A stretch of 64,000 nucleotides of DNA from Acidobacteriota bacterium (GTDB lineage: Bacteria; Acidobacteriota; UBA890; WLXD01). Under the pieces are notes generated by a model. It did not search any database. It was not told the origin of the DNA and was given only the letters and a program-made list of their open reading frames with translations. Where the stretch lies: assembly GCA_963666055.2 (NCBI GenBank), contig CAXWPH010000003.1, forward strand, positions 128,678 to 192,677, read 5' to 3'. Shown one piece after another: positions 60,210 through 64,000 of the stretch. The first letter of the stretch is position 1. Each line of letters opens with the position of its first letter. Made by a program: the position numbers and the translations under genes.

Positions 60210-61598
60210 ATGACCGAAACAAACGACATCCCTGAGTTCGTCGCAGCGCGGCGCGAGGAGTGGCTCGAGGAGCTCAGCGAGTTTCTCCGTATCCCGAGCG
60301 TGTCCACGGACCGCGAGCACGATGGCGACGTTCGCGCCGCCGCCGACTGGCTCGCCGGGCGCCTTACCAATGCCGGAGCGACCGAGGTAGAAGTCTGGGA
60401 CACCGCCGGCCACCCGGTGGTGTACGGAGCCTGGCGCGGCGCCGCAGGAGCTCCCACCTTGCTGGTGTACGGCCACTACGACGTACAGCCAGCCGATCCC
60501 ATCGAGGAGTGGACCAGCCCACCGTTCGAGCCCGTCGTGCGCGGCAACAAGATCGTCGGCCGCGGCACCGCCGACGACAAGGGCCAGCTCTACGTCCACA
60601 TCAAGTCGCTGCAGGCCTGGCTCGAGACCCACGGAACCTGCCCGGTGAACATCGTCTATTTGATCGAGGGCGAGGAGGAGGTCGGATCACCGAACGTCGA
60701 CACGGTGGTGCGCGAACGCCTCGAGCAGCTCCGCTGCGACGCCGTCATGGTCTCGGATACGACGATGTTCGCCCCCGGTCTCCCTACCCTTTGCAATGGA
60801 CTGCGCGGGCTCGCCTACCTACAAATCGACCTGCGGGGCCCGAATCGTGACCTGCATTCGGGCATGTTCGGGGGAGCGGTCATCAATCCCGCCGAGACTC
60901 TGGCGCAGATGCTGGCCGCCTGCCGCGACGAGCGCGGTCGCGTGACCATACCCGGCTTCTATGACGATGTCGCCGAGGTCCCGGCCGACGAGCGCCACGA
61001 CTGGGCAAAACTACCTTTCAACCACGACGCCTACGTTTCCGGGTTGGAAGTCGACGCGTTGCTCGACACCGGCGGGTTCAGCATCCTGGAGTCTTTGTGG
61101 GCACGGCCGAGCTTCGACGTCAACGGCCTGCTATCCGGGTTCACCGGCGAAGGCAGCAAGACGGTGCTCCCGGCGACCGCCATGGCCAAGGTGTCGATGC
61201 GGCTGGTCGCCGATCAGGATCCCGACAAGATCGCCGACGCGTTCGAGGCGTACATGCGCGAGATCGTCCCTCCGGGCGTGACGATACGGATGACGCGCAT
61301 GCACGGTGGCAAGCCCTGGTCGGCGCCGCGCGAGCATCCGATCCTGCAAGCCGCGGCACGGGCGCTGCAGCGCGGGTTCGGAGCCGAGACCGTGTTTGTG
61401 CGGGAGGGCGGGTCGATTCCCTTGATCTCGACACTCGAGGAGCTCTTTCAGGTGCCCACCGTCATGATGGGACTCGGGCTGCCGGACGAGAACGCACATG
61501 GTCCCGATGAGAACCTCGATTTGGACAATTTCTTCTCCGGGATCATCAGCTCGGCGTATTTCTTCGAGGAGTTCGCCCGGTGCGAGCCTGAAAGGTAG
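60210..61598 (+). CDS. M20 dipeptidase (CNDP/DUG1-like)
   Basis: IPSVS, YGHYDVQP, GRG.ADDKG, EGEEE.GS, DLHSG..GG, GGSIP, AH.PDE. Confidence 0.95.
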   Translation: MTETNDIPEFVAARREEWLEELSEFLRIPSVSTDREHDGDVRAAADWLAGRLTNAGATEVEVWDTAGHPVVYGAWRGAAGAPTLLVYGHYDVQPADPIEEWTSPPFEPVVRGNKIVGRGTADDKGQLYVHIKSLQAWLETHGTCPVNIVYLIEGEEEVGSPNVDTVVRERLEQLRCDAVMVSDTTMFAPGLPTLCNGLRGLAYLQIDLRGPNRDLHSGMFGGAVINPAETLAQMLAACRDERGRVTIPGFYDDVAEVPADERHDWAKLPFNHDAYVSGLEVDALLDTGGFSILESLWARPSFDVNGLLSGFTGEGSKTVLPATAMAKVSMRLVADQDPDKIADAFEAYMREIVPPGVTIRMTRMHGGKPWSAPREHPILQAAARALQRGFGAETVFVREGGSIPLISTLEELFQVPTVMMGLGLPDENAHGPDENLDLDNFFSGIISSAYFFEEFARCEPER

Positions 61599-61607
61599 GC
61601 GGCTCGA

Positions 61608-61967
61608 ATGAAGCGCAAGGATTTCCTGCAGCGCATGCGCAACCGTCGTCGACGCGACGAGCTCGAGCTGCGAGAGCCGGAACGGCGACGGGCGATCGAC
61701 TGGCGAACGCTCCGTGTCGAGCTGCCGAGCGACGCCGATTGCAGCGGCCAGCAAACGCTTTCGATTGGCACCCTCGACCTGCTACCGGCTGGCATCCGGT
61801 TGCATGCGACCGAGACGTGCTGGGTTCGCGGGTACCGCGTGTGGCGTGACGACGAGGGCCAGGGACGGGCCGAGTTCCAGTACCGTCCGGTGGCCGCCGA
61901 CAGTGAGCCACCGCCCGGCGCCAAGGCGTTGAGCGCCAACGAGGAGTGGGCACCCGCGCCTCGCTAG
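61608..61967 (+). CDS. Hypothetical protein
   Basis: ATG 10 nt after the dipeptidase stop; 119 aa; ends at a CTAG. Confidence 0.5.
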   Translation: MKRKDFLQRMRNRRRRDELELREPERRRAIDWRTLRVELPSDADCSGQQTLSIGTLDLLPAGIRLHATETCWVRGYRVWRDDEGQGRAEFQYRPVAADSEPPPGAKALSANEEWAPAPR

Positions 61968-62019
61968 CAGCAGGCCGTGGCGAGGAATTCCAGCTGGGTA
62001 GGCCGGCGCAACATCGGCT

Positions 62020-62733
62020 CTACGGCTTGCGATACAGCCGCATGTGGAAGCGACGTGTCCAGCGCTCCTGCGCGGCTTCGTCGACGAAGTCGAAGCGGCT
62101 CGCCGCCGCCAGGCGCAAGGCCGTACCAAAGACCGCGTCGAGCTCCCTCCCCCGGAACAACTGGTTGCGAATGCCGGTGTTGGGGTCCTCGACCACACCC
62201 GTCATCGGCCACGGGGAAGCGTCGAGAAACCGCCGATAGTAGCCATCGTCGAGATCAAAAGTCACCACCGCGAGCAGCCCGCCAGGCCGGAGCACGCGTG
62301 CGACCTCGGCACCGTAGCGGCGCTGCGCCTCCGGTTGCACGAGGTTGTCGATGGCGGTGATATCGAGCACCGTACCCACCAACTCGTCGGCCAGCGGCAA
62401 GGGCTCTCGCAAGTCGTGGCGAATCGAGACGATGCGATCGGCTACCGCCTCGGCGCGCGCCCGGGCGCGAAATTGCGACAGCGCTGCCGCGGCATGATCG
62501 AGGCCAATGACCCGATATCCGGCCTGTGCCAGTGGGATCGCGTTGCGCCCTCTTCCACAGGCACACTCGAGCACCGGTCCCGAGACCCCCCCGCTGGCTG
62601 CGGCGAATCCGAGCAGGAACTCGACCCCACGGTCGAGCTCGTCACGATACGACGTGGTGTAGGCACGAACCTCGGCGTACTCGCGCTCCCAGGCCGAGCG
62701 CGCGTCACCCGGCTCAGGCGTTGAGGAAGACAC
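62020..62733 (-). CDS. Class I SAM-dependent methyltransferase
   Basis: VLECACGRGRN, GLD, LPL.D, RVLRPGG. Confidence 0.88.
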   Translation of the reverse strand: MSSSTPEPGDARSAWEREYAEVRAYTTSYRDELDRGVEFLLGFAAASGGVSGPVLECACGRGRNAIPLAQAGYRVIGLDHAAAALSQFRARARAEAVADRIVSIRHDLREPLPLADELVGTVLDITAIDNLVQPEAQRRYGAEVARVLRPGGLLAVVTFDLDDGYYRRFLDASPWPMTGVVEDPNTGIRNQLFRGRELDAVFGTALRLAAASRFDFVDEAAQERWTRRFHMRLYRKP

Positions 62734-63745
62734 CGCTGGGATCCTGATCCGGTGCCAGGTTCCCTGCGGGTCGACTGTAATGGAACGTCGCCGCAAGAGC
62801 ATCGCGCTCGCTCGGAGCGGCGCGACCGGCGGGATTCAGGATCGATTCCGTCGAGGGCGAGACGACATAGCCGCCGAGCGAGTGCGCGAACATCCGGTTG
62901 AAGAACTCGATCGTGGAGCCCGCGCCGCAGGCGATGATCGCCTTGCTGATATCGGAACCGTTGCTCACCGAGCCAATGTGCTCACTGCTGAAACGCATGT
63001 CCGCCCGCTGAACGATCACGAGCCGGCCGCGCGGTACCCGCGACAACCTCGTGGGGGCCGAGCCCGAGCGTATTTCGATTTGCGGCAGCCCCAGCCCATT
63101 GCCGGTCAGGGTACCGAATAGCGCCAGGATCGAGCCTCGCATGGCGTCGTTGCGAACCTCGGTGACGACCTCCTTGTCGGAACCGACGAGCCCGCGGTAA
63201 ATCTGCACTACCGGGGTCGTAGCCCAGCGGTTGGTCGCGCCGGGCGTGCGCGGCGCGATGCCCTCCTTGTCCGGACCGGCGCCGCGGGCGTACTGGTTGA
63301 TGAAGTTCAGCGGTAACCCGGCACCTTCCTCCAGCAAGGTCGGGTTAACGGCGACGTTCCCCCGCACGCGGAAACGCCCCACACGCTTATGGTGCCCCGC
63401 CCCTTTGATCTCGACGTAGTAGTCGCCAGTCTGCTCCAGCCGGATCTCGAAGTTGCCTCGAGCATCAGCCTGGATGGGCTTGAATCCGGCGAGCTTGATA
63501 ACGCCGTCGACGACCACGCCACCGTTCAGCAGGCCGGTCAGCTGCCCGCTGATGGTGCCCCCCTGCTGCAGTATCTGCGGGCTGGTGCTCAGCTCGACCA
63601 GGTCGTCTGCAGGCCGCTGCTTGCAGCCCACCAGGCCGATCCCGACGGCCCCGGCCCCCATCATCCCGGCCCGCCGGATCAAGTCACGGCGGGTCATTGC
63701 CTCCTGCCTACGCCGGAGATCATCGTTCGTGATGCGCTCGGTCAT
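62714..63745 (-). CDS. Tat-exported lipoprotein, unknown function
   Basis: TRRDLI Tat motif, lipobox LVGC, N-terminal beta-sandwich (DARGNF..G.Y). Confidence 0.65.
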   Translation of the reverse strand: MTERITNDDLRRRQEAMTRRDLIRRAGMMGAGAVGIGLVGCKQRPADDLVELSTSPQILQQGGTISGQLTGLLNGGVVVDGVIKLAGFKPIQADARGNFEIRLEQTGDYYVEIKGAGHHKRVGRFRVRGNVAVNPTLLEEGAGLPLNFINQYARGAGPDKEGIAPRTPGATNRWATTPVVQIYRGLVGSDKEVVTEVRNDAMRGSILALFGTLTGNGLGLPQIEIRSGSAPTRLSRVPRGRLVIVQRADMRFSSEHIGSVSNGSDISKAIIACGAGSTIEFFNRMFAHSLGGYVVSPSTESILNPAGRAAPSERDALAATFHYSRPAGNLAPDQDPSGVFLNA

Positions 63746-64000
63746 GGATTGTGCATCGCCTTACGGATCCGATGACCCCTCTTGGGGAGGCTGAGCTCGG
63801 AATTACGAAAACGGCCGAACCCCTCGTTGTACAGGGGCTTGTAGCGACGAATCTCGTCCTCGGCCGCCGTTTCTGCCGCGGCTGCACCGTCGGCCAGCGA
63901 GTACTCGAGCCGCGAGATTCCAGCGATCGGGGCGGCTCCGCAAAGCTCGCGCACAGCTTCGCGCAACCCCTGTCCTCCCGCGTGTCCGATATACATCACT
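63742..64000 (-). CDS. GIY-YIG-like domain protein (partial, runs off the window end)
   Basis: YIG...LR, E...I..YKP.YN. Confidence 0.6.
   Translation of the reverse strand, partial: VMYIGHAGGQGLREAVRELCGAAPIAGISRLEYSLADGAAAAETAAEDEIRRYKPLYNEGFGRFRNSELSLPKRGHRIRKAMHNP

Noticed and set aside
61964-61980. Another MITE family 1 copy (CTAGCAGCAGGCCGTGG)
   Set aside because: Only about 10 nt match the TIR; too short to call, though it may be a scar.

Overview
High-GC (roughly two-thirds G+C by eye) bacterial chromosomal segment. Its gene repertoire resembles Acidobacteriota, but that is inference only. It is mostly housekeeping, peptide-catabolism and transport genes: guaA 3' end, DPP-IV, pdxH, arfB, eda, AttEFGH-like ABC system, TRAP transporter, fdhD, and fadJ/fadI/acyl-CoA ligase. 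The strongest unexplained signal is a ~455-nt intergenic element (6042-6504). It reads as a large, highly structured + strand ncRNA: a 15-bp 5'/3' closing helix followed by a U7 tract, and six C-G-closed GNRA-capped arms with repeated symmetric purine internal loops. It lacks the hallmarks of RNase P, tmRNA, SRP or group II introns. Also present: (i) two probable selenoprotein genes split by in-frame UGA (DUF3179 and AhpD-like), each followed by a 7-bp hairpin with a CGUG loop; (ii) an integrase-less integron cassette remnant with a clear attC; (iii) two CTAG-targeting MITE-like families, including a MITE nested in a MITE and fragments that appear to supply translation starts; (iv) an IS6 element next to a truncated dacB; (v) several genes broken by deletions or frameshifts (real erosion or assembly error). 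No tRNA, rRNA or CRISPR array was seen. All calls were made by eye, without searches.
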